64,000 bases of DNA from an uncultured Bacteroidales bacterium (GCA_963701745.1 CAVPBE010000004.1:7607-71606); one strand, 5' to 3'. Numbered from the stretch's first letter, positions 1 through 10,702 are shown. The notes: generated by a model not told the origin, from the sequence alone. Program-made: numbers and translations.

Positions 1-2
1 CA

Positions 3-965
3 TTGCAGGAAAGCATAAGTCTCTTCGACAGTAATGAGCTGCTTGAAATATCATTGAGTTTTGACATAAAATACTTCAAAAAGAACAAATCTGACGACGA
101 ATATCAGGACGCCATACTTACATATTCTTTGAACGGCAATAATTATGTTACCAACAAGTTAAAAGTTAAGCCGCGGGGCGAGTTCCGTCGTACTTTCTGC
201 AGTTTCCCTCCATTGTTGTTGAACTTCAGGATGACAGATTCCATTAAGGGAGAATTCTATGGAATAGACAAACTAAAGATGGTACCACATTGTAATTCAG
301 GCTTTGAAGATTATATTTTAAGAGAATACCTTATTTATAAACTTTATAATGTACTCACAGATAATAGTTTCAGGGTCAGATTACTGAGAGTTAATTATAT
401 CAATACCGGAAAAAAAATAAAGCCGATTAGAGAATTTGGGTTTGTTATTGAACCGGTAAAACTTCTGGAAAAACGAACAAATACAATTGAGCTGGATTTA
501 AATAACCTCACACAAAAAAACATTAAACCTGAGATGATGGACAGAATGGCAATATTTAATTACATGATAGGGAATACTGACTGGTCGGTTCCGAAACGAC
601 ATAATGTCAAGATTTTTTCGCAGATCAATTCAGAGAGACCTGATTTGGGAATGATAGTGCCATATGATTTTGATTATACGGGACTGGTGAATGCGGATTA
701 TGCTATTCCTGTTGAAGAATTGGGTATCGAGTCAGTCAGAGAAAGGCTTTATGTCGGGATATGCAGAAGCAAAGAGACATTCGATAATGCCCTCAGGGAA
801 TTTTCGGACAAAAAAGAAGAATTCTTTAGAGTTATTAATGAATTTCCTTATCTTAAAGAAAGATCAAAAAATGAGATGATCCAATATCTTAATGGGTTTT
901 TTAAAGAATTCGACAAACGGAATACTATTGTTTACCAACTTCTCAAGGACTGTAAGAATTTTTAA
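3..965 (+). CDS. Hypothetical protein, possibly CotH-like atypical kinase fold (5' end probably outside window)
   Basis: Open frame from the window edge; motifs REYLIYKLYN, NYMIGNTDW..HN and PYDFDY resemble CotH-type kinase motifs. Confidence 0.5.
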   Translation: MQESISLFDSNELLEISLSFDIKYFKKNKSDDEYQDAILTYSLNGNNYVTNKLKVKPRGEFRRTFCSFPPLLLNFRMTDSIKGEFYGIDKLKMVPHCNSGFEDYILREYLIYKLYNVLTDNSFRVRLLRVNYINTGKKIKPIREFGFVIEPVKLLEKRTNTIELDLNNLTQKNIKPEMMDRMAIFNYMIGNTDWSVPKRHNVKIFSQINSERPDLGMIVPYDFDYTGLVNADYAIPVEELGIESVRERLYVGICRSKETFDNALREFSDKKEEFFRVINEFPYLKERSKNEMIQYLNGFFKEFDKRNTIVYQLLKDCKNF

Positions 966-1026
966 TTTATCTAAATGCTGAGAAGTTATACTAACAAATT
1001 CGTATTCTTGATTATTAATTATGGCA

Positions 1027-1196
1027 GAGTAAAATACTGAAAATGAAAAACTATCTGATTATCGGGGCATCTTCCGGGATTGGAAAAAAACTGGCAGAAA
1101 TGCTGGCAAATTCCGGCAATAAAGTTTATGGCACTTTTTGTACTAAACCCATTCAAAATAATGAGCCAGGGCCAGAGTATTATTTCTGCAATGTAT
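1027..1196 (+). repeat. Direct repeat copy A (~170 bp, SDR 5' end); copy B at 7559-7731
   Basis: GAGTAAAATA...ATGAAAAACTATCTGATTATCGGGGCATCTTCCGGGATTGG...CTGCAATGTAT occurs at both places with few differences. Confidence 0.9.
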
Positions 1197-1267
1197 CCTG
1201 TTCACCACAACTGGGGTTTTTAGGAGATTTTGATAAAGGATCATTTTTTGTTGAATATTTTATGTAA
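1043..1267 (+). pseudogene. Truncated short-chain dehydrogenase/reductase (N-terminal fragment)
   Basis: MKNYLIIGASSGIG Rossmann motif; similarity to the full copy stops at ~1196; no YxxxK-region. Confidence 0.8.
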
Positions 1268-1554
1268 TATTAAAGAAAGTGACATTTCCTTTTGTTGTTT
1301 AAAAATAAATATGTAAAGTGATAATACAATTAAGAAATGCAACATTTGAAAATTATATAGGGCTGAACCAGAGTTTGTCTGAAATGGCTTACCAGATGGT
1401 CGCGCATGTTCTAAGAATGGGATATGTTGTCATGCTGTCCGGACTCCCCTATAAGCTTGCAAATAATGAATATTTTTATCATCTGGTTTAATGTACATAA
1501 TTTAATATCAAGATGTTTCATCAGGCCAGATAAAACCAATTAAAAAATACACTT

Positions 1555-2019
1555 ATGAATAAAATGATTACAAAAATTGATCAATATGATTGCCCGATGG
1601 ATGAGACGCTGGAGTACTGCCTGCAATTAGAATTTCTTTTGGAATTATCTTTTTTGGTTTGGAATATTGAAAGCTTTTCGACGTTTCTTCAGCCGAAAGT
1701 CATGCTTAAAGCTACAGTAGTCTGGTTGCCTTTTGGCACGCCTGAATTTTGGTTAATAGTTATTGGCTGGTGGGAAGTAGCCATTGGGGTCACATTTCTA
1801 TTTTCACGAACCACAAAAATAGCTATCGCATTGCTTTTCCTTCAAATGTTTGGGACTTTTATGCCCTTGGTTTTATTGCCTGAGATGACATTCCAGAATG
1901 GGAATATTCTTACACCATCTCTGGAGGGTCAATACATTATAAAAAATGTAATTATTATTTCGGCTGCGTTGGTGTTAGGTGGTAAATACTATAAAGTAAA
2001 AGAAGAAAATACTCTATGA
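1555..2019 (+). CDS. DoxX-like membrane protein (N-terminal part possibly frameshifted)
   Basis: IGWWEVAIG, ALLFLQMFGTFMPL and LEGQYIIKN resemble DoxX/DUF417-type membrane proteins. Confidence 0.6.
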   Translation: MNKMITKIDQYDCPMDETLEYCLQLEFLLELSFLVWNIESFSTFLQPKVMLKATVVWLPFGTPEFWLIVIGWWEVAIGVTFLFSRTTKIAIALLFLQMFGTFMPLVLLPEMTFQNGNILTPSLEGQYIIKNVIIISAALVLGGKYYKVKEENTL

Positions 2020-2640
2020 TACAAGATCGTAATACAAAAGAAATCAAATCAATTAGCTGATCTTCCCCATCAGTTATCTGAGAAAAACCGTGTATTGATA
2101 AGTAAAGAATAATTTACATCGTTTAAGAATATTTGTATTTAAGACAATATAGACTCCATAAACAAAAAATAGCTCTTCACAAAGCCGCTATGAAGTTTTG
2201 CGAAAACCATTTTCGCGACAGAGGCTATGAGGTGAATTAAATTGATTCTTTGAAGTACTTAGGCGATATCAAAAATCTAATCCCTTATTTGGCAAAGCAA
2301 GGAGTTAGGAGCTTTTTTTGTGATTTAAGTGATGACTGGCTGGAATTTAAAATTGACTAAAACAATATTCTTACACAAACAGCAACTTTTATACCCTCAG
2401 GCCAATTATGCAGATTTTACTGGTAATCCGTTCAGGCGTTTTATAGATAAATACAGAAAATTTTTCCTGTCAAATCCAAGCTTGAGAATGTTGAAATAAC
2501 TTCTCATAAAATGGCTGAGGAAAGAAAAAATACTGTGCTATCTGCTGCTGAGAATTGTCTTAAAGCAATTTAGAATTTCCTTTGAGCGCAGGGAAAGGTG
2601 ATTTGTTTTTATTCCATTTTCCGGTTTATGCCACTTTCTA
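2016..2640 (+). pseudogene. Decayed cryptochrome/photolyase-related protein (DPRP / FeS-BCP type), boundaries approximate
   Basis: Manual translation gives LIFP/HQL...IYIV*EYLYLRQYRLHKQKIALHKAAMKFCENHFRDRGYEVN*IDS...CDLSDDWLE, with two nonsense codons and frameshifts; absent from ORF track. Confidence 0.7.
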
Positions 2641-2761
2641 AAGTCTGATGACAGTTACTTGTTATTATTATACATAGCTTCACAAAAAATAATTTACCAG
2701 GCAAGAACCATCCTCCGGCAAAGAAAGCAGGCTGGAAAGGGAAATAGGTGAAAATAGAACT

Positions 2762-4085
2762 ATGACATATCAGAAGGGACTAATTATCAGGAAAATCATT
2801 CATCTGTCTATAGGTCTGATTATATGGATACTTAGCTATGTTGTAGAAAAGAATGTTTTGTTGTACCTGATTTTAGCTGGTACAATTTTCTCTTTTTTGA
2901 CTTTCAATTATAAGAAATTTAATCTCTTGCATAAAACTACAGACGCTAGTCTGGGCACTTTATATTATCCCCTGGGTATATTATCATCCTATTTGATTTT
3001 ATTCAACCTGCCTTTGTATTTTTTTCAGTCTGCTTTGATGGTGCTATCCATTTCAGATACATTGGCAAATTTTGCAGGTCAGATACAGAAGGGTAATAGC
3101 TGGATACGGACCTTCCATGACAGAAAGAGTATTTACGGAATTATAGCGTACTCCCTTTCTGCCTGTTTGATTCTCTATCTTTTTTTGCCCGATTTATTGA
3201 GTTTAAATATCCAATATATCCTTTTTGCTGTATTATGGGCAGTTATTCTTGAAACTGCATCAATGCGAGGTTCTGATAATTTCAGTATTCCGGCCGGGCT
3301 CGCCTTGTTTTTCTTACTGACTTATCATTATGAGGTTGATTACCTTTATTTGTCCGTAATTCTTATTTGCTTTGGCGCCAGCGTGCTTTTTGTTATTTAA
3401 ATTCAATATTCTTACCCGCCGGGGAAGCTTTGTTGCCTTTTTACTGGGTTTTTATTTTGCAGGCATTGGAGGTTGGCATTGGTTGATGCCCGTTTTGCTC
3501 TTCTTTCTGAGCTCCGCAGCTTTTACAAAATTACAGCATGCAATAAAAGGCATTGGAAATAAATCCACAGCCCGCAATGCCTGGCAGGTTATAGCTAATA
3601 TAGTATGGGCAATAATCAGCTCTGCCTTATTTTTATTTACACGAAATGAAATATTTATACTATTCTTTATTGCTTTCGTGGCTGCTGTGACTGCTGATAC
3701 CTGGGCCAGTGAAATTGGTCCTTTGCTTAATAAAAGATGCTTTTCTTTGTCGAAGATGAGCATGGTAACGGCTGGTACCAATGGCGGTATTTCTTTTTTT
3801 GGCAGTTTGGCCGCATTGACAGGTGCAACTATTATCTCTTCCTTATCATACTATGTCTTTTTTGGCTCCTGGCATTGGGATATCATAGCAATTCTTAGCG
3901 TCTCTGCTTTTATTGCCTGCTTTGCGGATTCCCTGCTTGGAACTTTTGTCGAAGACAAAATGCTTAAGATGAATTATTTTAAGAAACGAAAGACATTAGA
4001 ATCTATTACTCCTAATGATCTGGTAAATATGATTGGTTCTGTTACGGCTTTTGTTTTTTACATTTTACTATCATGGATTTTTTAA
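2762..4085 (+). CDS. Phytol/dolichol-kinase-like domain fused to DUF92 (VTE5+VTE6-like), split by one frameshift near 3375
   Basis: N-part has RKIIH, SDTLA..G, KSIYG, GSDN (CTP-dependent prenol kinase family); C-part has RNAWQVIAN, ADTWASEIG, GTNGGIS, DSLLG, NDLVN (DUF92); the two ORFs overlap in different frames. Confidence 0.75.
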
Positions 4086-4108
4086 TAAGCATCAATCATG
4101 TTCAGCGA

Positions 4109-5038
4109 TTACAAAAATATATATATCACGAAACCAACGATCAGCAAAAAGGAAAATGCCACATGGATAAGCACTGTAAGTTTAGCGCCTTGCTTTATCA
4201 GGTCAGGATTGTTATGATTTTTAAATATAATACCTGCAGCTTTAGGAAAAATAAGAATGTAAGGGATAAGTGCAAAAAGGAAAAGCCATGAATTACCCGG
4301 GAAAAAGATGAACAATAAAATTACATTTGCTATTATTCCTGATTGCACAAGAAGATAAAGCACCGATGTAAACCTGGTACCCATACGTGATGCTACTCCG
4401 TGTTTGCCTCCTGCACGATCTGCGTCCAGATCAATCATCTGGCCTGCCAGTAATATTGATGAAGTGCTGAGCCCTGTAGCAGGCATCAATAGCCAAACCA
4501 AAGGATGCAATCCCAGGTTTTGACTCACTATGGCTATCAGTATAGCCATGGGACCAAAAGCGAACCAGACAGATATTTCACCCCAACCCCTGTAAGCCAG
4601 CTTAAAAGGTGGTGCCGTATAGTATTTGCTGAAAAAGGCTGATAGCAAATATAGTCCCCACAGATATGGCCAGAGCATCTTATCTATAAGTGGCATGAGT
4701 GCTATTGTTCCGGCAAGTGCCATAATCAATCCGATGCGGGCCAGAAGATACATCTTACCCATAAGTTCAGGATTATCAAGTAATACACCTGAACCTCCGC
4801 TGGATTCATTGCGGTGCACATTCACCTTATCTGTTCCCTGTATGGTATCATAAATGTCGTTATATACATTGGTAGCTACATGCAAACCAATACCGATAAT
4901 CAACACGATCATAAAATTGAGCACCTCCAGTCTGCCGTTCAGATGAACAGCCAGAAGGGTTCCCAATATTATGGGAGCGATAATGGAGGTCAGAAAATGT
5001 GCCCTGATCATTTTTGCAATTCCGGGTTGATTTTTCAT
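4109..5038 (-). CDS. menA: UbiA-family prenyltransferase, MenA-like (DHNA prenyltransferase)
   Basis: NVYNDIYD...GTD, YTAPPFKLAYRGWGE and DLDADRAGGK motifs; start trimmed to ATG at 5038. Confidence 0.7.
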   Translation of the reverse strand: MKNQPGIAKMIRAHFLTSIIAPIILGTLLAVHLNGRLEVLNFMIVLIIGIGLHVATNVYNDIYDTIQGTDKVNVHRNESSGGSGVLLDNPELMGKMYLLARIGLIMALAGTIALMPLIDKMLWPYLWGLYLLSAFFSKYYTAPPFKLAYRGWGEISVWFAFGPMAILIAIVSQNLGLHPLVWLLMPATGLSTSSILLAGQMIDLDADRAGGKHGVASRMGTRFTSVLYLLVQSGIIANVILLFIFFPGNSWLFLFALIPYILIFPKAAGIIFKNHNNPDLIKQGAKLTVLIHVAFSFLLIVGFVIYIFL

Positions 5039-5150
5039 TAGCTGTTTTTTTATTCGTTGTTTAATTGTAAATTTAGCATAAAATCGGACAATTTTTATAA
5101 GATTTTTTGTCTGCTCCCCTGACCCTAAATATAATAATAAAGATGACCAA

Positions 5151-6523
5151 ATGGACATAGAAATCTTATCACGATTGCAATTTGCATTTACAATTGCATT
5201 TCATTACATCTATCCTCCACTGAGTATTGGGTTAGGAGTTGCATTGGTTGTATTTCGAAGGGATGTACCTTCGTACCAAAGACAAGCATTGGGAACAGCT
5301 TACAAAATTCTGGATCAAAATATTTGCACTGATATTTGGAATCGGAGTTGCAACAGGAATAGTAATGGAATTTGAGTTTGGCACAAACTGGGCAGCCTAC
5401 TCGCGATATGTTGGAGATATTTTTGGAAGCGCTTTAGCAGCTGAAGGTGTTTTTGCTTTCGCCCTTGAATCTACTTTCCTGGGTGTTTTGCTTTTTGGAT
5501 GGAACAGAGTAAGCCCCAAAGTTCATTTTTTTTCAACCCTTATGGTAACATTTGGTTCTATGTTTTCAGCAATCTGGATTGTAGTCGCCAACTCATGGCA
5601 GCAAACTCCGGCAGGATTTAAAATTGTTGGGGAAGGATTGAATGCAAGGGCTGAAATTACAGATTTCTGGGCAATGGTTTTCAATCCATCTTCAGTAGAC
5701 AGGATTATGCATGTGTGGATAGGAGCTTTTCTGGCAGGTACTTTTTTAGTCCTGAGTGTTCATGCCTATTATATTCTTAAAGAACAGGTTTGTTGAGCAA
5801 TCAAAAAAGGCATTTGGTATAATACTTGTAATTGCAGCAATTTCTGCACTGGCACAATTGCTTACAGGCCATAGTTCGGCAAATGGTGTGGCAGAAAACC
5901 AGCCGGCAAAACTTGCTTCATTTGAAGGGCATTATGATAGTTTGGCAGTTGCCGATATGTACCTGTTTGGGTGGGTTAACGAAACGAAACAAACAGTTAC
6001 CGGAATAAAAATACCAAAAGGACTGACGTTTCTGATTCACCAGGATTTTACAACTCCGGTTAAAGGCCTCAACGCTTTTAATAAAAACGACAGGCCTGCA
6101 TATGGTTAACTTTGTTTTTCAGACATATCATTTAATGATTTCAATAGGTATGTTACTGATTGGGCTTACGCTATTTTCGCTCTTTTTATGGTGGAAAGGA
6201 AAACTTTTTAACAAACGATGGCTGATGATAATATTCAGCTTTTCGGTAGTGCTTCCGCAAATAGCAAACCAGGTTGGGTGGTATTCAGCCGAAGTAGGCC
6301 GGCAACCATGGGTTGTTTACGAACCTTTTACGGACTTCTGATGCACTGTCTGAAAATGTAAGAGCAGAGCAAGTGTTATTTTCTCTTATCTTATTCACCC
6401 TGGTTTATTTGATTCTATTCAGCTTGTTTATTTATCTGCTGAATAAAAAAATACAACACAGGATTGAGATCTTGCAGGACCAGGAAAGGAATATCCTCAA
6501 AAACCAACTTAACGACAAAATAA
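5151..6523 (+). CDS. cydA: Cytochrome bd ubiquinol oxidase subunit I (several frameshifts)
   Basis: [41 protein letters not shown] and AEVGRQPW across consecutive ORF fragments; TAATG overlap with cydB start. Confidence 0.85.
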
Positions 6524-7560
6524 TGGAAACATTTTTAAATATAGAATTTAGGAACCTGGATGTTTCTGGTGATTGGTGCAGTATTTAGCGGATACGCAAT
6601 CCTTGATGGTTTCGACCTTGGGGCAGGAACAGTGCATCTTTTTCTGAGAAAAGAAGAGAGCAGGCGGATAGCTCTCAATGCAATTGGTCCTGTTTGGGAT
6701 GGTAACGAAGTATGGCTGGTAATTGGCGGCGGAACGCTCTTTGCAGGTTTCCCAAAAGTTTATGCAACTTTGCTTTCAGCCTTTTATACACCTTTTATTT
6801 TATTCCTGGTTTTACTTATTATGACGGGCCATCGCAATTGAATTTCGAAGTAAAGAAACTATGCTTTGGTGGCGTAAACTATGGGATATCATTTATTCAG
6901 TTTCGAGTACGTTGGTCGGTTTTACACTCGGAGTAGTACTTGGAAATGTTGTATCTCGGAATAGCGATTGATGATAATATGATTTACAAAGGTGGACTGC
7001 TTGATATTTTCAATCCTTATGCACTGCTTACCGGACTTACTGTTGTAGCTCTTTTTGCACTGCATGGTTCGGTTTACCTTGTAATGAAAACGGATGATAA
7101 GTTAGCCGACAGACTTGTTTATATTTCAAAAATTGCAGGTATATTTTTCACCATCTGTTATGTTATTCTGTCAGTAGCAACACTCGTTTATGTGCCTCAT
7201 GCTGCTGATGAATTTAGGGAAATGCCCATTTTATTTGCGATTCCGGTTATAACATTATTGTTACTTTTAAATGAGAGAAGGTTAATTGTTAAGAAAAAAT
7301 ACTGGCTGGCTTTTTTAACATCGGCTGCATTAACATCGTTGTTGCTGATTACTATTGCAATAGGTCTGTATCCAAATATTCTGCTTTCAAGCATTGACAG
7401 CGCATATTCCCTTACAATTGCAAATAGTGCCGCTTCACATAAATCGCTGGGTATAATTCTGACTTTTGTGCTTATCGGAGCCCCGCTGGTATTGATTTAT
7501 ACTATTTTCCTCTTCAGAACATTCAGAGGAAAGGTTGTTTTAGATGAAATGAGTTACTGA
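6523..7560 (+). CDS. cydB: Cytochrome bd ubiquinol oxidase subunit II (several frameshifts)
   Basis: [24 protein letters not shown] and C-terminal FRGKV. Confidence 0.85.
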
Positions 7561-7731
7561 GTAAAATAAATGAGAAATGAAAAACTATCTGATTATCGGG
7601 GCATCTTCCGGGATTGGAAAAAAACTGGCAGAAATGCTGGCAAATTCCGGCAATAAAGTGTATGGCACTTTTTGTACTAAACCTGTTCAAAACAATGACG
7701 CCAGGGCCTGAGTATCATTTCTGCAATGTAT
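7559..7731 (+). repeat. Direct repeat copy B (SDR 5' end)
   Basis: Near-identical to 1027-1196, with an extra C at 7699. Confidence 0.9.
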
Positions 7732-8303
7732 TGGAAGAGACCTTGAATTTTAATTTTTTGCCTGACAGTCTGGATGGATTGGTTTATTGTCCGGGAAACA
7801 TTACTCTCAAACCATTTGGAAGGATCAGACCGGAAGAGTTCGTTCAGGATTATAACCTTCAGTTGGTTGGAGCGGTCAAAGTTATACAGGCTGTTCTTCC
7901 AAAACTAAAATCCTCAGAAGCTGCATCTATAGTATTATTCTCCACTGTTGCCGTTAAATCGGGGTTTAGCTTTCATTCACTGGTTTCGGCATCGAAAGGC
8001 GCAATTGAAGGCTTAACAATATCTTTGGCAGCAGAGCTGGCTCCAAAAGTTAGGGTCAATTGTATAGCTCCGTCACTTACCGATACCCCGTTGGCAGAAC
8101 CATTATTAAATAGTGAAGAAAAGAAGGAGGCCAATGCTCAGCGACATCCTCTAAAGAGGATTGGCAATGTAACTGATATAGCAGAAATGGCCGGATTTTT
8201 AATTTCTGATAAATCAGGATGGATTACCGGTCAGGTATTCCACGTAGATGGAGGTATATCAACACTTAAGAATTTGACATATGCTATAATCAGAACTATA
8301 TAG
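7577..8303 (+). CDS. SDR family oxidoreductase (1-bp insertion at 7699)
   Basis: ATG 7577 gives MKNYLIIGASSGIG; after the extra C the frame continues with ASKGAIEG, RVNCIAP and ITGQVFHVDGG. Confidence 0.85.
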
Positions 8304-8513
8304 AACCAGCTCACCAGGGGGGTTTGATGACAGAGAGTCCTTTAACCACCCTGGGTTTTTAGGAGTTTTAGTCAACAGCAACTTCGTCAGTAAGCAATTG
8401 GGTAGTATTTTCAATTACGTCAAAATTAACATGATAAACTATTCCCGGGGTTTAAGGGAAAAAAAAGCCCCCTATTAATCAGAGAGCTTTTATCTATTCT
8501 GTAAGTATCTTAA

Positions 8514-9020
8514 CTACTTAGGAAGAACCACTCCATCAATAACATGAACAACACCATTGGTACCCTTTAAGTCAGCTACAGTAACATATGCCGATTTCCC
8601 GGATTCATCTGTTAATTTAACTTTCCCCATATCCAGCGAGACAGTTAACTTACCACCGCTGACAGTTGTAAGAACTACTTTACCGTTACCCTTTTTGACA
8701 GCATCCATCACTGCAGCTGCATCAAGATTGCCGCTAATTACATGGTAAGTCAGAATTTTTGCCAACTGGGCCTTATTCTCAGGCTTAAGCAAATTTGCAA
8801 CAGTACCTTCGGGAAGTTTATCAAAAGCAGCATTAGTCGGAGCAAATACTGTAAATGGACCCGCACTTTTCAAAGTTGTAACTAAATCGGCGGCTTTTAC
8901 AGCAGCCACTAATGTTGTATGATCGGGAGACCCGATTGCAATATCAACAACGTCTTTTCCCTGGCTGAAAGCGCTCAACGAGGCAAACAAAGCGAGCATG
9001 ATTACACTTAATTTTTTCAT
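8514..9020 (-). CDS. Secreted fasciclin (FAS1) domain protein
   Basis: Signal peptide; GPFTVFAPTNAAF, ILTYHV, NGVVHVIDGVVLP. Confidence 0.92.
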   Translation of the reverse strand: MKKLSVIMLALFASLSAFSQGKDVVDIAIGSPDHTTLVAAVKAADLVTTLKSAGPFTVFAPTNAAFDKLPEGTVANLLKPENKAQLAKILTYHVISGNLDAAAVMDAVKKGNGKVVLTTVSGGKLTVSLDMGKVKLTDESGKSAYVTVADLKGTNGVVHVIDGVVLPK

Positions 9021-9052
9021 AACTATTTTTAGATTTTATTTTTTATATTAAT

Positions 9053-9079
9053 TAAACAAGAAGATCTGAATTTTGTTCA
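9053..9079 (-). promoter_or_regulatory. Candidate operator or ECF promoter TGAACA-N15-TGTTTA
   Basis: 32 nt upstream of the fasciclin ATG; same motif and spacing at 17092-17118. Confidence 0.55.
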
Positions 9080-9239
9080 ATATGTCAGTAAGTTATTATA
9101 TATGATGGTTAGATTTTTATTAGTATTTGATAGTCCCAAATTTAACTGACCAAATGCAACTGGACTTTACCCTGTTTTCATAATTACATTCAAAAAATAA
9201 GTTATCATTGACAATTATTAATCTTTAACTTTCTGCATC

Positions 9240-10088
9240 ATGAAATTAAGAATCTCCTTAACTATTCTCTCTTTGTTTTTTGCGTTCACGGCGAAAGCTC
9301 AAAGTAGAAATGTCAATATAAAATGCGACACTTCGAAATTCAAATTCCGGGCAGTATCAGAAATTGGTTTTGCTTCGGTTCTTGCCCACCATATTCAATT
9401 GGGTCAGAATGGGACCTATTTTGATTATGTAAAAGATGGAGGACAGGATGTGCTTTTCCCGATAACCCGTTTTTCCATTGAGATGGATGTGAACAAACGG
9501 AACACTTTTATTTTGCTGTATCAGCCGTTACGAATAGAGTCTCAGGCTTTTCTCAGAACGGATGCTGTTTTTAATGATATCATATTTCCTGCATCAACCG
9601 GAATAAACTGTCTATACAACTTCCCATTTTACCGGTTCAGCTATCTGAGGGAACTTATGCCCAATAATCCAAAATACAAGTTCGCCATAGGTGGTACTCT
9701 GCAGATACGTAATGCAACAATTTCATTTGAATCAACAGATGGGTCACGCTTCACAACTAACAGCGGAATTGGACCTGTTCCCGCAATAAAAATCCGTGGC
9801 AAGGCTCAGCTAAATAATTGTTTTTATGCTGAACTTGAGGCAGATGGAATATATGCACCGGTAAGTTATCTGAACGGGAGCGATAATGAAATTGTTGGCG
9901 CTATACTTGATGCCAGCCTGCGGATGGGTGCACAAATAAATGAGTCAGGCAGACTATTTCTTAACTTAAGATATCTTGGTGGTGGTGCTACAGGAACAGA
10001 TACAGGAGATACATGGCCAGGAGATGGCTATGTAAAAAACTGGCTCAATTTTATAACAGTTTCGACTGGATTTGTCTTCCAATTTTAA
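9240..10088 (+). CDS. Putative outer-membrane beta-barrel protein
   Basis: Signal peptide, amphipathic beta-strand pattern, terminal Phe (TGFVFQF). Confidence 0.6.
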   Translation: MKLRISLTILSLFFAFTAKAQSRNVNIKCDTSKFKFRAVSEIGFASVLAHHIQLGQNGTYFDYVKDGGQDVLFPITRFSIEMDVNKRNTFILLYQPLRIESQAFLRTDAVFNDIIFPASTGINCLYNFPFYRFSYLRELMPNNPKYKFAIGGTLQIRNATISFESTDGSRFTTNSGIGPVPAIKIRGKAQLNNCFYAELEADGIYAPVSYLNGSDNEIVGAILDASLRMGAQINESGRLFLNLRYLGGGATGTDTGDTWPGDGYVKNWLNFITVSTGFVFQF

Positions 10089-10130
10089 AATTCCATCATT
10101 ATAAAATGATTAACAAAATTTCTACAAACA

Positions 10131-10196
10131 GGTCGTCCCTAACGGGACTTATAAAAGCCAAGCTCCGTAGAGCCTGCCCCGCTTAGGCGGGGAGCG
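10131..10196. repeat. REP-like palindrome pair with nested CCCCGC-TTAG-GCGGGG hairpin
   Basis: GTCGTCCCTAACGGGACTT ... AGCTCCGTAG[AGCCTGCCCCGCTTAGGCGGG]GAGCGA. Confidence 0.55.
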
Positions 10197-10326
10197 AACC
10201 AGTTAGTTGATGATGCACCATCTCTTGTAAAACGATTAGATATCCAGGATACAGGGACAAAACAATTTTACCTTACCTTTGTTATTCATTTAGCATAGGC
10301 ATTAGCATGGCAGAACGAAAAGTTTG

Positions 10327-10648
10327 ATGATCAGAAAATTCAAAAATATTACTTCTTTATTGTTATTGCTGGTATTCCTTCTGCCTTCAATAATTAAACT
10401 TGAACATCACCACGAACACTTTGAATGCAAAGCAATAAATGAGAAACACTACCATGTCCTTCATGATAAGTGTGTTATATGTAATTTTGAATTTTCTGTC
10501 TTTTTGTCAAACACCGGAGATATTGATTTCCATAAAAGAAAATCCCTTAGAATATTTCTGCAATAATTACGATTCCGTATATTTTTCTAATCTCTCACAA
10601 TTCTCATTTTTATTACGCGCTCCTCCCATACTTACAAATAGTATTTAA
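10327..10648 (+). CDS. DUF2946/CruR-like leader protein: TM segment, His-rich, CxxC, C-terminal RAPP (one frameshift near 10535)
   Basis: Joining ORFs 10324 and 10439 gives ...HHHEHFEC...HYHVLHDKCVIC...FSFLLRAPPILTNSI*, 54 bp before a TonB receptor. Confidence 0.7.
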
Positions 10649-10702
10649 AACATCCTCCCGGATGTAAGACATCTTATTTGTAAAACATTAACTCGTAATA
10701 AA

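Noticed and set aside
5086-5112. GGACA-N17-TGTCT between menA and cydA as another copy of the shared motif
   Set aside because: Spacer and half-sites deviate; cannot be distinguished from chance in AT-rich DNA
5151-7560. Programmed frameshifting in cydAB
   Set aside because: Too many breaks, no consistent slippery motif, and the same pattern affects unrelated neighbours
10200-10700. Cobalamin riboswitch upstream of the TonB receptor
   Set aside because: No recognisable B12-box by eye; the space is occupied by the RAPP leader ORF. An Rfam covariance search would settle it
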